DNA from: Eledone cirrhosa
Taxonomy: Eukaryota
Assembly (NCBI GenBank): GCA_964016885.1
Contig: OZ024741.1
Coordinates: 394,692,001 to 394,756,000 of the forward strand
DNA length: 64,000 bases
Direction: 5' to 3'
A model generated the notes under the pieces. The model had not been told where the DNA came from and did no database searches. It was given only the letters and a program-made list of their open reading frames with translations. Position numbers and translations under genes: made by a program. Each line of letters starts with the position of its first letter. The stretch's first letter is position 1. This document shows, in pieces, positions 41,664 to 53,833 of the stretch.

Positions 41664-42142
41664 AAGCTCAAATATATACTTCAAACCATTTCATCATCAT
41701 TTATGATCTGTTTATGGCTACATATCTATCAATAGATATTTTACAGCATAAAATGGGCGAATTTTACCATGCAACCAGCACTAGAGAGGATGGGGGCCCT
41801 TTCTATTGCAAACTAACTTACAGTATGAGGATAATACTTTCTGTAATGTGCAGATCCTTCTTTTCTCAAAATTACATTCATATCAACGCAGCTGCTTTCA
41901 TTAACAAAGCAAAATTAACATGCATACTTCTCTCACCTTCCACTCGTGTATTAAACATGTATCTTTTTATCTCACATTCCATTCAAACAACTCCTAAACA
42001 ACCTACAGTCCTCAGTTTTCTACATTGAAGATCTAAATAAAAAGTAACAAATAAAAAGAGAGCATCCTTAGTATGATTTAGAACCAGGTAGAAAACAAAG
42101 GTTTATCATCAAATAATCAAATGAAATAAGTCAATTACTTAC

Positions 42143-42173
42143 AAGATTTAAGATATAGACTCCAGGACCATTT
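42143..42173 (-). CDS. LNX2: LNX1/2-like 31-nt micro-exon (PDZ2)
   Basis: ttttcag/gtaagt; (R)NGPGVYILNL fills the gap between phase-2 and phase-0 neighbours; compare LNX2 EPGVFILDL. Confidence 0.88.
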
Positions 42174-43779
42174 CTGAAAATACAAAGTAAAAAAGAAATA
42201 ATTCAATTTTCATCATCAATACTGACTACTCAAATAAAACATTTGGTGTTTTCAATAGTTTTACCAAACAAAATGAAGTATAATGAATAATTTAAGTTCA
42301 CAGAATCACACAATATTTCTGTTAGAAACCAATATTTCTGAAACTCAATACAGAGAAATTAATGTTAAAATATATGATTAGTATATAGTTCTGTCTGAAA
42401 TTTTTTTAACTGGTTTGACTAGGTTCTTTCTTCAATAGACTCTTTATAATGCTGATAATGTTACTTTTTCAAGTTTTTGGATCATGAGACTGTTGCATTT
42501 CAATTAATTTATGGAGAATTTTGAAGGATTTACTAAAATTATTTCATTGGTAAGATAGTCGCTTAATATATGGAGCTTATTTAAAATTATGTTGGAAGAT
42601 TTAATTTTAAATAAGAACTCTTTAGAATGGGTAGTTTTGTTTCATAGAACCAAAGCCAGTTTTGGCCAGGTAGTAATCAAAATAGTTAAACATTTCAGAA
42701 CAAACTGCAAAACAAACATCAGATTTCCTGTACTCTTCTTTTCATTTTCCATTGTAGAAAAAGATGTAATCACCTCCAGCCTTCTCAAGCTGACCATCAT
42801 CTTTAAGAAATAACTCTGAGAGAGTGGCTATAGCTATGTTATATTAGCTCAGTTCTCATAAAATCACAGTATACCTTTCATTTCTGCATACACTCTTGCT
42901 ATTTAGCAATGTAAATATATCACAATATGAGATATTCATGTTACAACCAGACAGTACTTTTTCTTTCTTTTTTGAGTGCAAAGCAGATATCTGTCAACAA
43001 CACAAGAGCCTTACTCTCCCTAAATAGTGTTGCTCAGATACCCAGGCAGTGATCAAATCAATTTACTGTCTTGAACAATAAGAAGACTTTGTGTCCAATA
43101 TAGACTACCTACATGCTGGCCAATGACTATGTATGTCTAAACAGTCAGATCTGCATGCATTGCCATATTCCCATCACAAGACTTGGAAAGAGAGAAAGTA
43201 AAAAGAAAAAGGAAACCAGTAATGCTTGCATAATACCTGATAGCCATTCTCCACCCCATTGGCATAATCCAGAGGTAAGCTGAGGTGAGATACCTGGTGC
43301 CAATAAAAGTTGCAGGTTCATCCTGTGTAACAAGGAATGTCTTTGGATCTGTCCATAGTCAGCACAGTTATACTCTACTGCTAACCATTATTCAGTATTT
43401 CTCTCCAGTAAGAGATTCTTTGCTGACATTTACCACTCTCTCTTACCATCACCCAAATCTGTTGATATCCATTAATGGCACTCATATCCAATACCAACAC
43501 CCACTACTACTAACCATCAGTCTCTCTCCTGCCTGAAACTCTTACCTGACATCTCACCATCACACGTCTCTGTTGCAATTCATCACACACTCCTGTCATA
43601 TCTCTATTGCTGTCCAATCAACATGTAGTTCATGTTTTTGTTCTACTTAAACTCAAACCCACTACCAACAACCAGTATGTAGCTACCACAGTCTGTCTAC
43701 TACATCTCTAACCATCCTATCACTTGGTTTCCTCCTTCACACACACATCCATACTCTGCCCTTTTTAAAGTCAATTTTG

Positions 43780-45012
43780 GTCTTAAAGTCAGTTTAGCAA
43801 AGACTAAATTCAAAGTAAGTATAAAGGAACACACTGTCCAGATCCCTTCAGGGAAATGGTCTTGCTCAGTGTGCAGGAAAGGAGTAGATAGTAATTCCAT
43901 CTTATGTCCCAATTGAAAATATGTGTACACAAGAGATGTATTGGGATCTGGGCAGACTAGCAAAAAACATAAGTTTCTTAAGTGATTGATGAACAGGAGC
44001 ACTAAGCTGCAAGAGCTCACAGGAAATAGGCCCTTTTAAATGATCAAAGGGCTCTGTAGAAGTAGTTGATAGCATCTGTTACCTGGGTGCCCAAATTAGC
44101 AGTGGAAAAAGTGTTCTGAAAATATAGTAGCCAGAGAGAGAATGGGATGAAAAAAAGTTCAGGGAGCTACTATGTCTGCTAACTACAAAAGGTTTGTCCC
44201 TCAAAATGAAAGGCAGACTGGATGATGCTTGTGTATGAACAGCAATGTTGCATAGAATTGAGACCTGGGCACTGTGCACATAAGACCTACAATGGATGTA
44301 TAATAGTAGTGTGCATGAACAGCAAAGTGTCAATGATCTGAGAGAGAAACTAGGCATAAGAGAGGTCAGATGCAGTGTGCAGAAGAAGAGCCTGCATGTG
44401 GTGCTTATGAAAGATGACAGCTGTATAAAAAGGTGCAGGGCACTCAAAGTCAAAGGAAACTATGAAAGAGAAAGACCTAGGAATGCTTGGGATGAAGTGA
44501 TAAAATTTGACCTTACCCAATTAAATCTCACAAAAGAGATAACACAGGGTTGAGATTTCTGGTCTCATGCTGTACTACAGAAGACCTGCCTTCCCATGTG
44601 CACAAAATGAAATGAAACAAACATGTAGAGGATACACTAGTCTGTACCAATCTTCTCTTCTCTCTTCCCCATTTACTCACCATAGTGACATGAGAAAAAG
44701 CACCCAGTCTACACTGTAAGGTGGTCATGCTGGTGACACAACAAAAAGTGCCCAGTCCACCCTGTAAGGTGGTTGTAATGGTGACATGACAAAAAGCAAC
44801 CAGTTCAATCTGTTTGATGATCATTTTGGTGCCACAACAAAAAGCACCCAGTCTACATGTGGTTAACGTTAGGAACGGTATCCAGCCATAGAAATCAAAC
44901 CAAAATACAGATCCATGCACAAGATGTGGTCTACAGACCTGATTTCTCTGATGTGATAACTCGTCTAACCCATGCAAGCATAGAAAATGGGCGTTAAAAG
45001 GTGATGATGATG
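43780..45012 (+). mobile_element. Old RTE LINE 3' fragment
   Basis: Degenerate PHD/C-terminal homology, repeated 3' UTR units, (GAT)n tail. Confidence 0.75.
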
Positions 45013-45037
45013 AAACAAGCAGTTAAAATTGACTTAC

Positions 45038-45104
45038 CGTTTGCCAACAAGTTTAATCCCTAGCTGCTTCCCTTTTATTTTCATCAGCGTAATTTTTAAT
45101 ATTT
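45038..45104 (-). CDS. LNX2: LNX1/2-like exon (PDZ2 start)
   Basis: ttacag/gtaagt; (E)ILKITLMKIKGKQLGIKLVGKR, matching the LNX QLGIKLV motif. Confidence 0.9.
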
Positions 45105-46819
45105 CTGTAATAAAATATTTTATAATAAACTGTATTGGTATTAAAATAACATGTTAATTTCAACTTTGTTATATTTAATATTTTCTTCTAGCAGTTACAT
45201 AATATGTTTCTGTGGGTTGTCTTTGCTTTTGTTCTTGTGGTTGTTATAGTTGACAACTGAAGTAGTAGATATTGCGGCTGTTGTTTTTGTTATATTTGTG
45301 GTTATGGTTTTTTGTTGTAGTTCCTATTTTTGTTATGGGTGTAATCATTTCTCAGTTTATTTTGAAACATTTGATTGTAGTGCCTGAAGCAGTTGTACTT
45401 GTATGCATGTATGTTACAAGAAAAAACACTGTTAAATTCATAGAAGTAGAAGTGTACAAAAAATAAGAAAAGTGAAAGTGAAAAGAATAAATACTGTATG
45501 GGTAGTTTGTTAGATAAACAGAAGACATAATAGAGAAAGAATAATCTTGATTGCAAGATGAAAGATCAATGTGGAAAAGAAAACCTGGCTGCACAAAAAC
45601 AACTGGTTAAAACAAAGATTGTAAATCCTTTTGTGAAAATATTTCTAATAAATATGTGTTTCAATTCATTGTCAATATATTCAAAGTTTTAGAGGTATTA
45701 AGTAAAATATCTGTAATTATATATACTTGTAATCCTTTTGGGGCCAATAAAAAAGTACTAGTCTAGTACTAGGGTCAATTCTTCTTCTATATCTCACTGT
45801 CTCCTCTGAAAGACATTAGCTGTGTTCAGACTTGGAGAGGGAATGGATTCCACCAGGTCTAAAATGCCCAAGAAACACCATGACTCCATCATGAGTTACA
45901 GATACATACATGTAGTCCTCACCAGCTGGTATATGAGATTTGTCTTTGATATTTCTAATTTAAATATGAACACTTGAGTACAGGCAGTCTCAGGCAGGTT
46001 GATTTTAAAAAGGTTTAAAAGAAAAATTGGTAAATTTTTACAATTACACTGCCTAGTGTTGGAAGTAAATGTTTTCCCTATGATTTTTTATGCATTTTGA
46101 ATGAATCAGACCTTCAAACTATCAGAAATTCATTTTTTTTAGTTAACAAAGGAGGAGCATCTTCAGTGTTTTCTTTGAAGATAAAATTTGTTTTTTCCTT
46201 TGGTTTTTGATGTGTTTTGAATGAATCTGACCTTCAAAACTGTTTTTTTAGTTAATGGTTGGTGGGGCACCCTCAGAGTTTTCAGATTTGGAAATGAGTA
46301 TCACACCCACCTCTAATTGGAGATAAAATTTATGTTTTTCCTATTATGTTTTTTTGTGTTTTGAACAAAAATCATCAGAAATTATTTGTCTTTTAGTTAA
46401 TTGGAGGAGCAGAAAATTCTGTCAAGCTTCAGTAGAGCTGAGCAACCTACAGGGTTTTGTCAACTGCCAACTAAATATAGAATGATTCTGTCAAGTGCTG
46501 AAAGTATTATTGTCTCCAGTAGTACCAAGTAACTTAGCTGCTATCAAAGAATATCCAGTTATTTAGTCTTCAGAAAAGCATATTATTCTTTCTTTTCTCA
46601 ACAAAACCACCTTGCCAAATCAGGAACATATTCTTAGTATGTGCAGCAATTATTTGGCCTTTTTATGTTCTCAGCCAAAGCCTTTGCTTTCTACGCATGC
46701 TAAATCCTTTAAATCTACGCTTTATAATGCTTGATACAATTGTTCCCAAAATACAATATAAATAAAAAATAAATACATAGGAAAAATTTTGTATAAGAGA
46801 CTTAATAAGTACAAATTAC

Positions 46820-46949
46820 CTTCCTTCTCAATAGGTCGGTTTTCTTCGGCTTTTTCTCGATATACTGTGAGACGACACACTGAGGAATAGTAATTCAATG
46901 CTTGTTGTGCTTCATAATGAGTGGCCATGCTCAAATCTTCACCATTGAC
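46820..46949 (-). CDS. LNX2: LNX1/2-like exon (PDZ1 C-half)
   Basis: taacag/gtaatt; VNGEDLSMATHYEAQQALNYYSSVCRLTVYREKAEENRPIEKE. Confidence 0.9.
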
Positions 46950-46980
46950 CTGTTAAAATTAAAAACTAATTAAAAACCAT

Positions 46981-49752
46981 TCATCATCATCATCATCATC
47001 GTTTTACGTCCGTTCTTCCACGCTAGCATGGGTTAGACAGGTTGTCCTGTTGTGGGCAGTATCTGGTCGGCTGACCATGCCTTGCTCATACAGGAACTGA
47101 TTTGGGTTGAGTTCTACAGCTGGATGCCCTTCTTAACACCAACCTCATTTACAGTGAGTGCTGGGTGCTTTTTCGTGGCGCCTACATGTCCACTTTACAG
47201 TGTGGGCTGGGTGCTTTTTTGCCGTGGCACCTCCACGACCACCTTGCAGTGGGGGGGGGGGGGCATATTGTCTATATGCTTCAGCTTGTACCCATGGGAG
47301 GTCGGGTACCCTGTATTACTGCGTGACGCCAGAGGTCACGGTCGTGTGTCATCGCCTTTGAGAGGTGTAATTGGGTAAGGTCGGCTTTTATCACCTCATC
47401 CCAGGTCATCTTGGGTCTCCCCACTCCGCGGTTTCCATCGACTTCTAGTGCTCTGCACCTTTTTATGCAGCTGTCATCCTTCATACGCATCACATGTCCA
47501 TACCAACACAGCCGCCTCTCCTGCACGCAGCATTTGATTCCTCTTATGCTCAGTCTCTCTCTCAATTCATTTATGCTTTGCAATTCGTGTATATTACTAT
47601 TACACATCCATCGGAGCATGCAGGCTTCGTTTCTCTCTAATCTACGTAAGTCTTCCACCTTCAGCGCCCAGGTCTCACTACCATGCAACATCGCTGTTCA
47701 GATACACGCATCATACAGTCTGCCTTTCATTTTGAGGGAGAAGCCTTTTGCAGCTAGCAGTGGTAGTAGTTCCCTAAACTTCTTCCATCCCATTCTTACC
47801 CTAGTTATTGTACTTTCTGAACACCCACCTCCGCTGCTAATTCGGACACCTAGATAGCAGAAGCTGTCTACTGTCTCTACAGAGCCCTCCCAGAGATTGG
47901 CTGTTTGCTGCTTGCTGTCTCAGTACAGCTGCTGCATGTGAAGCCTACATTCTTAATTAAGCTTCCTGAGATCCTGCTACATCTCTTGTGTACCCATTGT
48001 TTGCATTTGGGGCAGAGAATGGAGTTCCTACCTACACCTTTCCTACATACTGAGCAAGGCCATTTCCCTGAGGGGATCTGGGTTCTGTTTTCTCGTCTAC
48101 TTACAAGGACCTTAGTCTTTGTCATGTTGACTTTGAGACCCTTTCTTTCTAGTCCCTGCTTCCAAGTTTGGAATTTCTTCTCTAGTTCTACCATAGATTC
48201 AGCTATAAGTGCGAGGTCATCAGCATACAGGAGTTCCCAAGGGCATCCGGTCTTAAACTCCTCCGTTATTGCCTGCAGGACTATGATGAACAGGAGAGGG
48301 CTAATAACAGAGCCCTGGTGGACCCCAACCTGTATGCTAAATTCCTCGCTATACTCATTGCTAATCCTAACTTTGCTGACTGCTCCCCTATACATGGCTT
48401 GTACAGCTTTCACAAGCCATTCATCTACTCCTAGTTTTCTAAGAGCCCACCAGATTACAGCACGTGGAACTCTGTCAAAGGCTTTCTAGAGATCGACAAA
48501 TGCCAGGTAGAGTGGCTTACTTTTAGCTAGGTACTTTTCCTGTAACTGCCTCACAAGGAAGAGGGCATCAGTGGTGCCTCTTCCTGGTACAAACCCAAAT
48601 TGCATCTCATCTAGTTTCACCCGGTCCCTAATCAACTGTGCTATAACTCTTTCTGTTACTTTCATGACCTGGTCCATCAGCTTTATACCTCTATAGTTTC
48701 CTCTATCTAGTGCATCACCTTTACCTTTGTAGCAGTTGACAATGATGCTACTGCACCAATCTTTTGGTATGACACCTTCTAGTATTACCTGGTTAACAAT
48801 ACGTGTGGTTATAGTGTGACCTACAGACCCAGATGCCTTCAGCATCTCGCCAGCTATACCCGATGGACCAGTTGCCTTCCCCATCTTCATATCTTTGATT
48901 GCCTTACTTACTGCGCTGCTGCTGACTTGTACTGCTGGCCCCTCTATAGGGTCTACTTGGGGTAGGGTCTCTTCTTTCCATGCATTCTCCTCATTTAGTA
49001 ATCTATCATAATGACTCTTCCATGCATCTTTCTTCTCAGCACTTGTGAGAGCAAGCTCACCTTTATCATTCCAGATACACTTCTCTCCAATGACATCACA
49101 ATTCTCTCTGATACACTGCCTCGCAATCTTGAACACCTCCTGTTTCTGGTCCTCACGTTGCAAAACATGCTTGAATTTTCTATCCTCTGCTTCCCTCCTA
49201 GCTAAGTATACTTGTCGCCTAGCTTCCCTCTTGGTCTCTATGTAATGTACCCTGCTCCCCCCGTTCTTCCATTCTTTCCATGTCTGTCTCTTGGCCTTAT
49301 CTGCCTCATCTACCTTATTGTTCCACCACCAAGTCACTCTCCTCCTGCTTGTGGTCTTACTCCAGCCACAGACCTCATCCGTCGCCTCTAGTAAGTTATT
49401 TTTTAGGAACTCCCAGTGCTCTTCTACATTGAATGTCTCTATCTGTTCTTCTTTACTGTCGTAGGCGTTGAGTAAAATATCTTTAAATCTGTTACTGGCT
49501 GAGGGATCTTTCAGCTTCCAGATCTTTCTTCTCCAGGTTGGCCTCTGTTTCCAGGTTCGTCTAGTTCTGACTGTGAGGTCGCTGACAACTAAGCTATGTT
49601 GGGAGGTACATTCCTCACTAGGGAAGGCTTTTGTGTTTACGACCGTCCATCTGTCACGTCCTCTTATGAGGATAAAATCTATCTGACTAGAATGCTCCCC
49701 TGATCAATAGGTGACCAGGTGGTTGTCGGGTTTTTTGAAGTTTGTGTTACCT
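46981..49752 (-). mobile_element. Longest RTE LINE copy (subfamily C): endonuclease C-part, RT, PHD, 3' UTR
   Basis: ORFs 48486-49337, 47877-48413 and 47281-47691; premature stop in FVDL*KAF and a break near 47880; (CAT)n tail. Confidence 0.92.
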
Positions 49753-50056
49753 AGTTGTGTTACATTATTGATATAAATAGGTGAAGGTGTGTGGTCTAGC
49801 TTACAATTATAATGTAATCAACAAGCTGATGTGTTGTGTTCTTGAGCAAAACACTTCATTTCACATTGCTCAAATCAACTCAGCTAAAAATAAGTACCAG
49901 CAGCAGGTGAAGGCTAACCCTGAGAAGGATTGGCGTACTGTCTAGGAGAAAGTCTTTTATTCTTAGTTGCTTAATGTCAAAATTGACCATAGCAGGATTT
50001 GAACAATAATTTGGCTTCTATAAATGATATAAAAGAATAGAAAAAATATCACAAAC

Positions 50057-50140
50057 CTCTAAAAGTTGATCTCCTGGTAAAAGACGGTTATCTTTTGCAA
50101 CCACTCCATCTGGAAAGATTTCTTGAATGACAATGCACAA
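50057..50140 (-). CDS. LNX2: LNX1/2-like exon (PDZ1 middle)
   Basis: tatag/gtttgt; LCIVIQEIFPDGVVAKDNRLLPGDQLLE, 84 nt. Confidence 0.9.
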
Positions 50141-51435
50141 CTATAATAGATAAAGAAACAATAATGTAGTAAGAGCATTCAAGGATTATACAAAACAATA
50201 TTTTTAGTTATTTTTAGATAGATATAGTCCTTATTTTTATGTACAGATTTAATGGCTATATTTCCTGGGATTGTTATTTGGATTTTTCTGTCAGCTCTGA
50301 GGTTGCACATTCACCTGTGGTATGAATATGAATACCCAAATATTTAGATAAATGCATAAATTCTATATGCTCCTTATAGTTTAGTTTTGCCAATAAAATT
50401 TTAATGCAAAGAGAATTTGGACACTTAAATATTAATGTAACTATGGATTACTAATAAATATGTCCCTCACCCTCCCTTCCACTAGCACTCCCCAGCAGCT
50501 ATCCTCACCACTACGGCACCCACCACCCATGCTCCCTCCAGAACCACTCCTAAGCTACTCCCCACCTCACTCTAAAGCCTTTAGATATCCTCACCATTGC
50601 ACCCTAGTAGCTACTCTTGCTACCCATTGTACATCTCCCACACTACCCCCATTTATCCCTCACTCACTACCACGCCTTGCACTCTCTTGGCTACATACCT
50701 CACACTTCCTCTCCGCATACACAACCAGCCAAATCACAATACACACCTATAACTTCACGCTTGTCTCCCTCACTTATCACTCCCCCTCCCCAGAGAGGGC
50801 TCTTCAGTTGGGTCTATGACCAACAACCTCTCTAGTGATTGTGCCACAAAAATATACCTGGTATATTCTGTAAGGGTGGTTATCAACAAGAAATGAATTC
50901 CACTGTAGAAACCATGTCTAAAAGGGTGGAGAGGACACTTCAGTTGTGTCAAAGACACAGCCTCTCTAGTGCTGGTGATGAAGAACATGACAACCTGCCT
51001 AGTATTGGTAATCTACATGAGAAAAGCACCCAGTACATGCTGTAAAGTGGTTGATGTCAGCAAGGGCATCCAGCTGTAGAAAGCTTGCCAAATAAGGGGT
51101 TGGGAGGATCCTTCAGTTTGTGCCAAAAGATATAATTTCTCCTGTGCACTAGATAGAATGTATGACCATACATAAATGAGATACAGACCCTCTGACTTCT
51201 AGCAGGGAAAGCGGACATTAAACAATGATGATGATAATGATGTGTATCCTGAGAATAGATACATTGTATGCTTGCATGTCATAAGAGCCAACTAAAAGGA
51301 TTAGCATCAGGAAGGGCATCTAGCTGTAAAATATTATCCCACAACGTCCCATCCAACTCATGCCAGCATAGAAAAATGGACATAAAACAATGATATTCTA
51401 ATATCCATTGCCCTAGAAATTTTCAAATTATAATT

Positions 51436-52527
51436 ACCCAAATGCAAGCTATGGGTACAAAAAAGATGTAGTGGGATCACAGGCAGGCTATCAAAGAATG
51501 TAGGTTTCATATGTGGCCGATGCTCAGGTACAGTAAGTAGCAAGTGTCCACAGGATACTTGCCCCTTCAAATACCAAGATGATACTATAGAAATAGTTGA
51601 ATCTTTCCGTTACGTGGGTGATGAAATCAGCAGTGGAGGAGGGTGTTCCGAAAGTACAGTAGCCAGAGTAAGAACGGGGTGGAGAAAGTTCAGAGAGCTA
51701 CTACCGCTACTAGCTACAAAAGGTTTTTTCCTTAAAATGAAGAGCAGATTGTATGATGCTTGTATACAAACAGCAATGTTACATGGTAGTGAGACCTGGA
51801 CACTGTGTGCAGAGGACATGCGAAGAATGGAAAGAAATGAAGCTTGCATGCTCCGATGGATGTGTAATAGTAATATACATGAACGGCAAAGCGTAAATAA
51901 ACTAAGAGAGAAATTAGTTATAAGAGGGATTAGATACAGTATACTAGAGAAGAGATTGTGTTGGTATGGTCTTGTGATGCATATGAAGGACGGCATCTGT
52001 ATAAAAAGGTGCAGGGTAATCAAAATTGATGGAAGCTATGGAGTAGGATGACCCAGGAAGACCTGGGACGAGGTGATAAAAGCTGACCTTGCACAATTGC
52101 ACCTCTCAAAGACAATGATACAAGATCAAGATCTTTGGCGTTATGCAGTAATACAGAAGACATGCCTTCCCATGTGCACAGACTGAAACATACATCTAGT
52201 AGGCACCTCTTAACCACTATACCCCTACCCACTCCTGTCTACACTGTGAACAAAACATATCAAGTCCACACTGTAAAGTGGTCATGTAGGTGCCACAAAA
52301 AAAAGCACTCAGTCCGTACTGTAAAGTGGTCATGTAGGAGTCACGACAAAAAGCACCCAGTACACACTGTAAATGTGGTTTGCACTAGGAAGGGCATCCA
52401 GCTGTAGAACTCTAGCCAGAAACAGTTCTTAAGACATAGTCACCTGACCCAACTTGCCTCAAATGGGAAAACCCATCTAACCCATCCTAGTGTGGAAAAT
52501 GGATGTTAAACGATGATGATGATGATG
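51436..52527 (+). mobile_element. RTE LINE 3' fragment
   Basis: ORF 51614-52051; (GAT)n tail. Confidence 0.85.
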
Positions 52528-52528
52528 T

Positions 52529-52875
52529 TCATCATCATCATCATCATTTTATTTTACGTCCGCTTTTTCCCTGCTTGCAAGGGTGGGACGGGAACTGATT
52601 CTGGCTTGATTGCTACAGCTGGATGCCCTTCCTAACACCAACCTCATTTACAGTGAGTGCTGGGTGCTTTTTTGCCGTGGCACGTCCACGGCCACTTTAC
52701 AGTGGAATCATAGGGACCCCAGTCCCTATCATCTCATTTCTACAGCTGAGTAAACTGGAGCAATGTGAAATAAAGTGTCTTGCTCAAGGAAACAACACAT
52801 CACCCGGTCTGAGAATTGAACTCACAACCTTTCGATTGCAAGGCCAATGCTCTAACCACTAAGCCATGTGCCTCC
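52529..52875 (-). mobile_element. tRNA-derived CORE-like SINE with RTE-derived tail
   Basis: A box TGGCTTAGTGG, B box GAGTTCAATTC, CORE-like ccttgagcaagacactt...ctcagctgtagaaatg, tail matching 5132-5180. Confidence 0.85.
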
Positions 52876-52903
52876 ATGTTCTCAACTAAAATAAAGAACT
52901 TAC

Positions 52904-53004
52904 CAAAGGTGTATCTGATCCACCAACAATACTGATGCCAAGTTCTGGACTTGTTCTTTGAATTTCTATAGTGGAAACTTCCCCATCAATGACTGGATTT
53001 TTAG
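52904..53004 (-). CDS. LNX2: LNX1/2-like exon (PDZ1 start)
   Basis: ttaaag/gtaagt; (A)KNPVIDGEVSTIEIQRTSPELGISIVGGSDTPL; compare LNX2 EGEITTIEIHR...LGISIVGGNETPL. Confidence 0.9.
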
Positions 53005-53717
53005 CTTTAAAAAAATGAAACATATAAAATCTGTTGTTATAAACAGCCTTTAAATATCTAAAAATGATACTAATATTTTTTGTAAGAAATATATAGGATA
53101 TTTTTTGGCTGCATCAGTTGATAAAATAGCAAAATTGATTCTCTTACAAGCTCCAAGAATCTGTTGATCCAGTGCTTGATTGTGGTTATTCAACCATGCA
53201 TTGGATGAGAAACATCCTGATAGGATACCAGGCTATCACATGAAATTCTGGTATCTAATTCTAAGTTCTGGATAGTCAGATAAACTGAAGCACATGCTAT
53301 AGTTTCCTGCATAGCAAAGTGACAATAAAATATTGGCATTAAATATGAACTCACAAACCTGGTAAGGAACATATTACCTATAAACCTTTCTGTTCAATTC
53401 AATAAGCTATCATTTTATATGACAGGTTTGTCAAGTCTATTTACAAACATTAATTTTTAAATAGTCTGTTTAAACAGTGAGACACACTTTCTCTCATGGG
53501 CAATACAATCAATGTTAACTATTCAATAGTAGACACATGGAATAATAAGCACATTAGATTTACTGACTGTTTAAAGAGAAGTTTTATCTCAGAAATATAC
53601 CATCAGTCATTACAGAGATATTATAACTAGTGGTATAAATATATTTAAAAACCAAAGCAATATAAGGTCCCTGGTGGTTTTAGAATAAAGCAATATCCTT
53701 TGCATGTTTTTTCTTAC

Positions 53718-53833
53718 CAGCTTGTTGATCTTTATAAGGACACTCCCAAAGATGACTCTGAATTGCACTTCTAGGTCCTTGAAAAACGCACCCTAAACTA
53801 GCTTTGATGCATTTTGTAATAGCACCACGACAT
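53718..53833 (-). CDS. LNX2: LNX1/2-like exon encoding a TRAF-type Zn-finger segment (5'-most exon found)
   Basis: tttcag/gtaaga; CRGAITKCIKASLGCVFQGPRSAIQSHLWECPYKDQQA (C-x6-C-x11-H-x3-C). Ends in phase 1, joining the next exon in frame. Confidence 0.82.

Noticed and set aside
46070-46410. Three degenerate ~120-bp repeats
   Set aside because: Too diverged to classify and no functional signal seen.
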